Shown in pieces: positions 1 through 7,966 of a stretch of DNA of 16,801 bases. The stretch is from NCBI GenBank assembly GCA_964012805.1, contig CAXGUD010000067.1, forward strand, positions 1 to 16,801. The letters run 5' to 3'. Made by a program: the position numbers and the translations under genes. The stretch's first letter is position 1. Each line of letters begins with the position of its first letter. The notes under the pieces are model-generated. The model did no database searches and was not told the origin of the DNA. It worked only from the letters and a program-made list of their open reading frames with translations. Origin of the DNA: an uncultured Bacteriovoracaceae bacterium. GTDB taxonomy: Bacteria; Bdellovibrionota; Bacteriovoracia; Bacteriovoracales; Bacteriovoracaceae.

Positions 1-362
1 GGGCATTGCACATCTTTCAAAAAAGGTCTTATGTCCAGCTGACCTATTAGGGAAACGAGTTTATTAAATTCGTGTTTGGTGCAAGAAGAAGCTTCAAAGT
101 CCTTAGCTAGTTTTCTTATTTTATTATCAACGATGACTTTAGAAGAAAAAGATTTTAAATAGAATTCTCCATTTCCCCAATTTTTAACGACAGAGTTCAT
201 TCCTAATTTTGAAATAAATTTAAAGATAGGACTTGGCATCCACTTGGGACCTGCGATTCTTGCCATTCCACCAAAAAGAATAAGCTTTTTAACTCTTTCA
301 GGATGAAGTGCTGCAAAAAGTGATGAGAGAGCGGCACCTTCTGAAAAACCAAAAAGAGTTGC
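1..362 (-). pseudogene. 5'-truncated alpha/beta-hydrolase fragment that runs off the left edge of the window
   Basis: My translation of the minus strand from 362 down is open for 120 codons: ATLFGFSEGAALSSLFAALHPERVKKLILFGGMAR...LDIRPFLKDVQCP. It has a GxSxG elbow (GFSEG, 350..336) and the typical HPERVxxLIL motif. The codon immediately upstream (365..363) is TAA, there is no start codon before the Ser, and under 150 nt separate it from the next gene's stop at 510. Not in the ORF track. Confidence 0.7.
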
Positions 363-509
363 TTATTTAGAAAAAATAAGATTCTTCTTATAATGATAGA
401 TTAGTTTTTTTGTTTCGCGTTTTTTTGATTCAAGTCCTACTATTTGCCGTTTTTGACGAAGAGCTTGACTTCAATAAATAAATCTTGTGGGAACTACAAT
501 ACTTTCTAC

Positions 510-1346
510 CTAAAGCCTTTTTGAATTATACGCCTCGATTATAAATTTACCAGCGGGTGTCTTTCTGCAATGATTTATAATATTTTGGTACTCTTCTGGG
601 AAGTCTTCTAATTTTCCCATACTGATAACGTTTCTTGAATAGTTTTGAGGAAACACAGCGATACTTCCTAGAGCGCAAAAGGCCAAGTCAGTTGGTGAAA
701 AAGAAGATTCGGTCGTTAGGGAGTTTGAATTTGAAGCAATTTTTTCACTAGCCTCATCAAAAACTTCAAAAATGATCTTTTTTGACTTCTCAATGCTCTC
801 TGCAGTTATGTCCATTAGTTCATACATACTTTTTTTTACAAAACCTCCAAAGAACAGCCAGTAGATCCTTTCAGCGAGGCTGGTCTGTTTAAGTATGTTG
901 TCAAGAAGGCCTTTGTTTTTTGGGTTTAAAAAATAGTAATAGCCAAGCTGCCTCACGGCTATTCCTAATTTATTGTCCAATAAATCTTTCCAATATGGGT
1001 CCACTGGCCCTACATATTTTTCAAGAATTTCCCAGCTGTCTTTTAAAATGGTTCCGTTTGGCATGGCCACTAACGGAACGGAATATTTTCTTCTCCCTCC
1101 ATGATGACTGCTTTCTTGACCTGCAAAACTTGAGTTTGATCTATTTTCTTTTCTTTTTCTTAGTCCACCAACAATACTTACGTGGTAGCCAGGCATATAT
1201 TTCATTTCTTTATATTCTGTTTTGCTAATATCTAGTGCCCATCTCCCTAGCTCACAATAATGAGAATAAGGAATAGTCACAAGGTGTGGAACAGAAATAT
1301 TTTCGATTTTAAATGTCTCAGGAAAAATCATTTTTTTGCCTTTCAT
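510..1346 (-). CDS. Glutathione S-transferase-like protein (GST N-terminal thioredoxin-fold domain)
   Basis: N-terminal LVTIPYSHYCELGRWAL matches the SHYCExxRWAL-type GST start. SVPLV...ILKDSWEIL gives the cis-Pro loop and DS motif, and FSPTDLAFCAL resembles the GST C-terminal N-capping box. The alternative start is ATG at 1331. Confidence 0.8.
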   Translation of the reverse strand: MKGKKMIFPETFKIENISVPHLVTIPYSHYCELGRWALDISKTEYKEMKYMPGYHVSIVGGLRKRKENRSNSSFAGQESSHHGGRRKYSVPLVAMPNGTILKDSWEILEKYVGPVDPYWKDLLDNKLGIAVRQLGYYYFLNPKNKGLLDNILKQTSLAERIYWLFFGGFVKKSMYELMDITAESIEKSKKIIFEVFDEASEKIASNSNSLTTESSFSPTDLAFCALGSIAVFPQNYSRNVISMGKLEDFPEEYQNIINHCRKTPAGKFIIEAYNSKRL

Positions 1347-1370
1347 TACAAGTCTTTTAGGTCTGCTACT

Positions 1371-2393
1371 TTATTTTTTAAGGAGGTAGTGACCTACATA
1401 CCACTCATTTCCATCTTTATAACCAAACAGCTCTGCACAAGCTAGAAAGAAGGCCCTCCAATAGCTAAACCACTTCTTTTCGTGCCCTTTTCCATAACAT
1501 TTCTCAAAAATTTTAAGGATTTCATTTTTATTGGTATCCATCTTTCTAAGCCATGCGTAGCAGGTTAACTTGTAGTGGTTTCCTGAAACGGTCCAGGATT
1601 TTTGAACCTTTAAATCCTCATTAAAGTAGTAAAGGAGGTGTTCACAGGGCATAATCCCACCACTGAAAAAATAACGGCTCATCCAGTCGGAATCATCTAT
1701 AACGTCATAATAATAAGCATAATTTTTATGAACAAAGATATGAACAAACAATTTACCATCGTCATTAAGAAAGGAAGAGACTTTTTTTAGGAGGTCTTTA
1801 TAATTCCTCATGTGCTCAAACATTTCAATAGATATGGCGCGGTCAAATTTAAGGTCTGTCTGAAAATTATTTATATTTTGAGTAACAACCTCTAAGTTCT
1901 TTAGACTTTGTTTCTCTTTTTCTTCATCTATAAACTGTTTTTGGGTTGATGAATTCGAGACACTTAAAATTTTAGAATCAGGGAACTTTTTGGCTAGAAA
2001 GAGGCCCATGGATCCCCAGCCACAACCAAGGTCAAGGATTGTTTGACCATTTTTAAGTTCAGCTTTTTTTACATATTCTTCAAGCATCTCCGATTCAGCT
2101 TCATCTAAAGTCTTTGCCTTATTCCAAAGACAACAGCTATATTTTAAGTGTTTTCCTAGAACGATTTGATAAAAATCTGTAGGGACTTCATAGTGTTGTT
2201 CATTTGCTGCTTTTACTTTTTCAGCAATTGGTCCCATGGAGAGTTCAGAACATATCTTTTTTAATTGGTCTCTATTTTTTTCAATATTGCCCTGATTTTC
2301 ATCTCTTAGTCTTTGCTTTATTATACCTTTTATTTTCCATTTAATTAGAGAATCTGGGACAAGGTTTTTTTCTAAAAGATAATTTCCTAGCAT
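1371..2393 (-). CDS. SAM-dependent methyltransferase, cyclopropane-fatty-acyl-phospholipid synthase / coclaurine N-methyltransferase-like subfamily
   Basis: Motifs ANEQHYEVP, LGKHLKYSCC, ILDLGCGWGS (motif I), ISIEMFEHMRNY, WMSRYFFSGGIMP and WRAFFLACAELFGY. AAGGAG RBS lies upstream of the ATG on the minus strand. Confidence 0.9.
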   Translation of the reverse strand: MLGNYLLEKNLVPDSLIKWKIKGIIKQRLRDENQGNIEKNRDQLKKICSELSMGPIAEKVKAANEQHYEVPTDFYQIVLGKHLKYSCCLWNKAKTLDEAESEMLEEYVKKAELKNGQTILDLGCGWGSMGLFLAKKFPDSKILSVSNSSTQKQFIDEEKEKQSLKNLEVVTQNINNFQTDLKFDRAISIEMFEHMRNYKDLLKKVSSFLNDDGKLFVHIFVHKNYAYYYDVIDDSDWMSRYFFSGGIMPCEHLLYYFNEDLKVQKSWTVSGNHYKLTCYAWLRKMDTNKNEILKIFEKCYGKGHEKKWFSYWRAFFLACAELFGYKDGNEWYVGHYLLKK

Positions 2394-2586
2394 GTTGAGA
2401 ACTCCTTAAACTTATACTTTAAAACTAAAAGTCTTATCTTTAAGGTTAACTCAAATAGTAAACCATCTGCAAGAAAGTTCACTCCACCAATACTTTTTAA
2501 GAATTAGATTTTAAAAGACAGAAAATTCTAATTTTACTTAAAAAAACCAAACAAAATTTTAACTTGATTTTTGGAATAATAAAAAG

Positions 2587-2749
2587 CCTCAATGAGACTA
2601 GAAATTGAGGAAAAAGTTTCATGAAAACTTTCTTTCTGCGCCATATGAGTAACAAATTTAAATCAAAATTGGTAGATACGGTTTGATTATGGTCATTTTG
2701 GCCATGTAATAAATGAAATATATTTAATTTATTGGCCCTTAGATTGGGT
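2587..2749. promoter_or_regulatory. Cluster of dyad elements in the divergent intergenic region (candidate operators or structured leader)
   Basis: CCTCAAT-N10-ATTGAGG (2587-2610), TTTCATGAAA palindrome (2617-2626), AATCAAA-N14-TTTGATT (2661-2688), ATGGTCA-TTT-TGGCCAT (2689-2705), and a 26-bp palindrome with 12/13 pairs, AATAAATGAAATATATTTAATTTATT (2708-2733). Function is inferred only, and AT-richness inflates chance dyads. Confidence 0.3.
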
Positions 2750-2778
2750 TAAAAAGCTAAAAATAATGGGAAGGAAAA

Positions 2779-5700
2779 GTGAATTCAAACTATCATTTGG
2801 GAATTAACTTAGGACACGACAGATCTGTATCAATCATAAAAGATGGTGAAATAAAAGTTGCGATAGAACAAGAAAGGCTAGACCGAATCAAGCATAGTAT
2901 CGGTTTTATGCATCAGTCTCCAGGTAAGGCTTCTCATATTCAAATACCTCATGAATCGATTAAATATTGCTTGGACTACTTGGACATAACTTTAGATGAC
3001 GTTGATACAATCACCGGTAATATGCCAGGAAATGATCACTCTTTTGATATTTTAAAGAATAACTTTTCTAAAAAATACGCTCATAAAATAAAAAAAGTAC
3101 CTAGTCATCATCTGGCCCACGCTTATTCTGCCTATTGGCCTTCAGGTTTTGATAGGGCCATTGTACTTATTGCCGATGGTTCGGGTTCCACTTTTAATGA
3201 GGGTGGAGTCCAAAAGACGGAGTCTTATTCTCTATATAAAGCAGAGGGAGAAAGGTTGACTTTAATCCATTCTGAGTTAGTCACATCCCATTTGGCAGAT
3301 ATAGGAACCTTAGGTTTTGTTTATGAATATATTACTAGGCAAGCCGGTTTTATTTCCAAAGTGGGAGGACTAAAAATTCCTGAGGCAGGAAAATTAATGG
3401 GTCTGGCCCCTTTTGGATCAGATCAACCCAATCTAAATAAGTGGATTAAATGTAATGAGGGTAGCTACCATCTTAGTATTTCTCCTTACGATATTTTACT
3501 AGAGTTTGAATCCCTTAAAAAGCTCTACGATTCAGGTGAAAACAAGTTATACCTTAAGCCACTTATTGTTGACCTGGCTTTCAAAGTTCAAAAAGAGTTG
3601 GAAGAGGCGCTCATCCATTTATCAAAATTGGCCAAGGAAGAAACGGGCTTTAATAACATCTGTCTTGCAGGAGGGGTTGCCTTAAACTCTGTTGCTAATT
3701 ATAAAATTTATAAGGAAGTAGGTTTTGAAAATATGTTCATTTTTCCAGCTGCCGGAGACAATGGTATTTCGGCAGGCTGTGCTCTTTGGTCATACCACCA
3801 AAGTGGGGGATCATTAAGACAACCTCTTAAAAAAGCAACCTTGGGAAAAAACTATGCCAAAGTTTTAGTCTTAGAAGCACTATCAAAGTTTGAAGATCAG
3901 GTAGATTTCCATGAAAAAACAAGTGATGAAATTATATCCTTTTCAGCGGAGGCTTTATCAAAAGGTCATATTCTTTGTCGTTTTGAAGGGGGATCGGAGT
4001 ATGGGCCAAGGGCCCTTGGTCACAGGTCCATAGTTGCTGATCCTAGTTTTGAAAAAATGAAAGATATTGTTAATGGGCGTGTAAAATTTAGAGAAGGTTT
4101 CAGACCTTTTGCTCCTTTTATCCCGAAAGAAAATCTTTCAGACGTTTTTGATATAAATATTGAAGTCCCCTTTATGTTGGTTGTTCCGACAATTAAAGAA
4201 AAGTTTCAAAAAATTCTTCCTTCTATAACTCATGTTGATGGAACGGGAAGAGTACAGTCTGTTACAAAAGAGGAAAATAATTACTTCTACAATCTATGTC
4301 ACAAAGTAACTGAGTTTAGAGGTGGTCCTCCTGTTTTATTAAACACAAGTTTTAATGTTGCAGGTCAACCAATAGTTGAAACTCCAGAAGAGGCCATAGA
4401 AACATTTTTAAAAACTGATATCGATTACATCGTTATTGACAATTTTTGGATATCAAAAAAGAATTCAAAGGTTTTAGATTATTCGGAGCACCTCGATAAG
4501 ATTTATCATAGCCCAGTTCCAAAAGGGCTTTCTAAAATCATTCCTAACGTTAAAAATGAAATGGAACTTTTGGATAAGGCCCTTTTTAATGAAGGAGAAA
4601 ACAATTTGTGGGGTGAAGAGGAGTTAATCAAAATTTCCGAAAAGGGTGGGAAGTTCAAAGAGACAAGTTCTCTTTTTCCGGTTTCTTTTAAATCCCAATT
4701 ATCTCCTAATACCGTTTTTATCTTGGATCCTCTGGGAAAAAACCAAATTTTTGATTTAAATCAAAAATTAAAAGAAAAGAGTTATACTTTTCTAGAAGCT
4801 AAAATGATCCTCTTACTCATAGAGGAAGATCAGGTGGAATTAGAAAATATCCGCCTTAAAATGAGACTAAATACCCTTCAATTTGAAACAAAAATTTCTC
4901 AAATTAAAGAAGATTTAAAAAGTTTTGGGGTAGTTTTAAACTTTTCCTATAAAAGATTCCAGGAAGATAAAAAACCAAGTGACCATTTATTAACTTTTGG
5001 TGACTTTGAAGACGAGTCATTCTCTTTAAGAAATCAGTTAAGTGGTTTAAATAAGATTTTAAAAAAATATAATTATTCAGAAAAGTCTATCTGCAGTTTA
5101 TTAAACTTAGAATCTCTTCAGCAAATCGAACCCACAAAAATGCATTATTATGCAGAGTTTATTTTGGGTGAGGACACTTTAAGTATTTTAATTAAACTTT
5201 TCCTTTTAAGAAGTAAAATTCCAGAATTTTTATTAAAAGAGCTTTTTGGCGAAAAATTATTTAAAACTCTTATGGATATCGGTTTGCTGTTAAAACATGA
5301 CAATAAAATTACCTCGAGGATTGATTTATTTGCCGTTGAAGACCTTTTTATAGCTACTGATCACAGATATATGTTTTTATCGGAAGATAAAATAAGCGAA
5401 GATCCGGTTATGTATTTAGGAATGGATAGCCATGGGCTCGTCCAGACTGTACCTAGAAAGACCTCTGATGAAACCTTGGACCTTTGTTGTGGTTCAGGTA
5501 TTCAAGGCCTTATTGCAAGCTCCTACTCAAAAAATGTCACTTCAGTTGACATAAATCCAAGGGCCATCCGGTTTTCAAGGTTTAATGCGCAGCTTAATGG
5601 GATTGATAATATAAAGTTTCAATTGGGTAATTTATATGAAGACTTAAAGGGGATGACCTTTGATTTAATCCTCGCAAACCCTCCCTTTGTTCCAAGTCCA

Positions 5701-6531
5701 AACTCAAATTATAAATTTAGGGATGGGGGCAGTAATGGAGAGGAAATCTTAAGAGAAATAGTCATCCAATCTCGGAATCATTTAAAAGAGTTTGGAAGAC
5801 TTTGCATTGTGACAGACTTGGTTGAAGTAAAGGCCTATAAAACAAAATTAGTTTCCTGGTTAGATGGTGCTAGCTATCAATCACTTGTTTTACATACAGC
5901 AGACCGGGATGAAATTTTATTTTCGGTACCTCATAGTCACGCACCTTTTGGGCAGTCTTATGAAGATTATGTAAACGAGCTTAATTCTTGGCTTGTTAAT
6001 TTTAGAAATTCTAAATTAGAAAATGTTAACTTTGGCTACATCCTTGTTGAAATGACAAATGATGATGAACAAAATGCCTATGACAAAATTATTAATAATC
6101 CTTCCAAACCAATATTTAATCAGGTTGAAAAATTCTTTAGGGATTGTACCCTAATAAAATCAAAAAAATACGAGGATTATTTTTTAACTACAGCACCTGG
6201 TTTGAGTTTAAGACAGGATTATGATTTAAATAAAAAAGTGTACTCTTTTAAGGCTGAAGTTCCAGGAAATTCTTATTTCACTGAGTATTCAATTAAAGAA
6301 AGTCTTTATAAATCTTTGAAAGAAATCAGTCAGAAGAATCCGAAGTTCAAAGATTTTATCAAAAATCAAAATGAGAAGGTTTTTAAAGACCTCATTTTAA
6401 AAGGAATAGTTCAACTTTCTAAAATTAAAAATAAACCGTTTCTTATAGAAGAGTCTCAAGAGGAGTCTTTATTTATTTCCGAAGTTGAAACAAAAACAAC
6501 GCCAACCTGCCTTTCTTCTTATTTGAAGTAG
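2779..6531 (+). CDS. Fused NodU/CmcH/TobZ-family O-carbamoyltransferase (Kae1-like + YrdC-like domains) and class I NPPF-type SAM methyltransferase
   Basis: Residues 1-~560 carry GHD (H13), EQERLDRIKH, HHLAHA (H110/H114), IADGSG (D133), EAGKLMGLAPFG, LAGGVALNSVAN, PAAGDNG (D327), EYGPRALGHRSI, KFREGFRPFAP, THVDGTGRVQSV and LLNTSFN. Residues ~875-1100 carry LDLCCGSGIQG (D901, nt 5479), VDINPRAIRFSRFNAQLNG, FDLILANPPFVP (N967, nt 5677) and FRDGG. One uninterrupted frame with a GTG start after GGGAAGGA. Confidence 0.92.
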   Translation: MNSNYHLGINLGHDRSVSIIKDGEIKVAIEQERLDRIKHSIGFMHQSPGKASHIQIPHESIKYCLDYLDITLDDVDTITGNMPGNDHSFDILKNNFSKKYAHKIKKVPSHHLAHAYSAYWPSGFDRAIVLIADGSGSTFNEGGVQKTESYSLYKAEGERLTLIHSELVTSHLADIGTLGFVYEYITRQAGFISKVGGLKIPEAGKLMGLAPFGSDQPNLNKWIKCNEGSYHLSISPYDILLEFESLKKLYDSGENKLYLKPLIVDLAFKVQKELEEALIHLSKLAKEETGFNNICLAGGVALNSVANYKIYKEVGFENMFIFPAAGDNGISAGCALWSYHQSGGSLRQPLKKATLGKNYAKVLVLEALSKFEDQVDFHEKTSDEIISFSAEALSKGHILCRFEGGSEYGPRALGHRSIVADPSFEKMKDIVNGRVKFREGFRPFAPFIPKENLSDVFDINIEVPFMLVVPTIKEKFQKILPSITHVDGTGRVQSVTKEENNYFYNLCHKVTEFRGGPPVLLNTSFNVAGQPIVETPEEAIETFLKTDIDYIVIDNFWISKKNSKVLDYSEHLDKIYHSPVPKGLSKIIPNVKNEMELLDKALFNEGENNLWGEEELIKISEKGGKFKETSSLFPVSFKSQLSPNTVFILDPLGKNQIFDLNQKLKEKSYTFLEAKMILLLIEEDQVELENIRLKMRLNTLQFETKISQIKEDLKSFGVVLNFSYKRFQEDKKPSDHLLTFGDFEDESFSLRNQLSGLNKILKKYNYSEKSICSLLNLESLQQIEPTKMHYYAEFILGEDTLSILIKLFLLRSKIPEFLLKELFGEKLFKTLMDIGLLLKHDNKITSRIDLFAVEDLFIATDHRYMFLSEDKISEDPVMYLGMDSHGLVQTVPRKTSDETLDLCCGSGIQGLIASSYSKNVTSVDINPRAIRFSRFNAQLNGIDNIKFQLGNLYEDLKGMTFDLILANPPFVPSPNSNYKFRDGGSNGEEILREIVIQSRNHLKEFGRLCIVTDLVEVKAYKTKLVSWLDGASYQSLVLHTADRDEILFSVPHSHAPFGQSYEDYVNELNSWLVNFRNSKLENVNFGYILVEMTNDDEQNAYDKIINNPSKPIFNQVEKFFRDCTLIKSKKYEDYFLTTAPGLSLRQDYDLNKKVYSFKAEVPGNSYFTEYSIKESLYKSLKEISQKNPKFKDFIKNQNEKVFKDLILKGIVQLSKIKNKPFLIEESQEESLFISEVETKTTPTCLSSYLK

Positions 6532-6793
6532 AACGAATATGTCTGGATGTTGAAAATACTAGTTTTCTTGATGCAGAGGAAGGTCTGTTCAAAAACTCTT
6601 TTATGACTTCTTTTCTTTTATATCATTAAAAACAGGTATTAACTTTTCTCAGCTTCTAAAAAACCTTGAAACACTACCTCAATTTTACATAAGCTTAAAA
6701 ACTAAATTAGGAAAATAGAGATAGTGGTTCATGTATTTTAATAATAGAATAGTGGGATAAAAATATTTAAACCTCAGAGTGGACGTCTACATT

Positions 6794-7336
6794 ATGAAAA
6801 AATTTGCCCTAAAGTACGAATTTGATATAGGAAAAGATAAAATGTGGGAAGCTTATAGAGACCACTTAGTTGAAATAGGCAATCGAATAAGTTTTGTTGA
6901 GAAAATAGAGGTTCTATCAAGAGAAGAGAAAGATAATAAAACTGTTGTAGAAAATGTATGGGATACATCCGGTAAAATACCTTCTGGGATAAAAAATTTC
7001 CTGCCAGATTCTTTATTTAAATATAGTGATAATGCGTTATGGGATAACAAAAACTATTTTTTAGAATTTGAAAATTCACCTGTAGGAGGTTCGAGAATCT
7101 ATGAAATTAAAGGTGAAGTTAAATTTGATGGTGATGAAAGAAGGACAGTTATCACCCAAGATATAGAAATTGAGTTGAACGTTCTCGATAACTTACCTGC
7201 CTTAAAAAAAGTTCCCTCTTTTATGCAAAAAAAGATTATAGATCAAATGACAAAATTCTTCGAAGGTGAAGCTAAAAAGAATTTAAAAATCATTATTGAT
7301 GAAGTTTATCGTTTTGCTTCAAGGTTCTCAAATTAG
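6794..7336 (+). CDS. Hypothetical protein, probable START/SRPBCC (helix-grip) fold ligand-binding protein
   Basis: About 180 aa with the pattern strand, MWEAYRD helix, VEKIEVLSREE, several strands (W-D motif) and a long amphipathic C-terminal helix, which fits the helix-grip superfamily. I chose ATG 6794 over the track's GTG 6779. The fold is inferred. Confidence 0.55.
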   Translation: MKKFALKYEFDIGKDKMWEAYRDHLVEIGNRISFVEKIEVLSREEKDNKTVVENVWDTSGKIPSGIKNFLPDSLFKYSDNALWDNKNYFLEFENSPVGGSRIYEIKGEVKFDGDERRTVITQDIEIELNVLDNLPALKKVPSFMQKKIIDQMTKFFEGEAKKNLKIIIDEVYRFASRFSN

Positions 7337-7372
7337 ATTAGAGTATTGTTTAAAAAAATCATGGTTAAAATA

Positions 7373-7711
7373 CTAGGATTTCGCTGAAGCGTTTTTACCT
7401 AACTTTATAAGAACACGATCAGTTTTTATTGTAGCATTGATTCTAGGGCTATGTTCTTCATAATAAACCACATTTTTATTTTTTCTTTGGCAGTTAAGTG
7501 AAAAAGAAACTTTGTAATTATAATCTATAAAACAAAGGAGCCCATCTTTTGTTTCTAAACTGGTTGTGAAGCTCTTGTTAAGAGGTAAAAAAGTATGGTG
7601 ATAAGTCTTGGTCCATATTTTGACTTCTAACATTTCTGAAAAGCTGTTCTTAGAAAAGAGTAAGGAAAGAGGAAACAAAATAAAATATGTAAAAAATTTT
7701 ATTTTGTTCAT
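7373..7711 (-). CDS. Small hypothetical exported protein
   Basis: 112-aa ORF with a basic N-terminus and hydrophobic stretch (MNKIKFFTYFILFPLSLLFSKNSFS), a possible SFS|E cleavage and two Cys. It fills the gap with no overlap. No family recognised. Confidence 0.55.
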   Translation of the reverse strand: MNKIKFFTYFILFPLSLLFSKNSFSEMLEVKIWTKTYHHTFLPLNKSFTTSLETKDGLLCFIDYNYKVSFSLNCQRKNKNVVYYEEHSPRINATIKTDRVLIKLGKNASAKS

Positions 7712-7909
7712 ATTTTTAAAACCCTTGTATTGTTTTTCATAAAGTCTTACACAATTTAAAAAAGTCAGGTATTCGGAGCGTTTCTCACCTACTTTTGTAG
7801 GTTATAGACTACATGATCATTGTGTTCAAAAGATAAGCTTTTGGCAAATCAAATTTTTATGTCTTAAGCTTAGACAAATCCTTATAAAAAATTTTGTTGC
7901 TGTTTGATT

Positions 7910-7939
7910 TTGACAATATATAGACAAAATTTTTAAAAT
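7910..7939 (+). promoter_or_regulatory. Putative sigma70 promoter for the xdhC-mocA-like operon
   Basis: TTGACA (7910-7915), an 18-nt spacer and TAAAAT (7934-7939), 27 nt upstream of ATG 7967. Confidence 0.55.
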
Positions 7940-7966
7940 TTTAAATAAGGGTGGAAATCGCACGTA

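Noticed and set aside
920..1445. Plus-strand ORFs 920..1228 and 1260..1445
   Set aside because: They are antisense to the well-supported GST-like and methyltransferase genes and show no recognisable motifs.
5461..5700. NPPF methyltransferase read as a restriction-modification DNA methylase or as housekeeping prmC
   Set aside because: There is no nuclease, specificity subunit or prfA nearby, and the DINPRA...NAQLNG and RDGG context fits MTS/HemK-like enzymes. A nucleic-acid substrate is not excluded but has no support here.
6529..6778. Stop-codon readthrough or a small precursor peptide downstream of the fusion gene
   Set aside because: The frame after TAG closes within 25 codons, and the other short frames I read lack an RBS or precursor-like composition.
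6853..7050. 65-aa minus-strand ORF
   Set aside because: It lies wholly antisense within the START-like gene and has no independent support.
7712..7966. Moco riboswitch or ModE box upstream of xdhC
   Set aside because: I could not match the consensus of either, and the hairpins lie upstream of the predicted promoter. An Infernal scan would be decisive.
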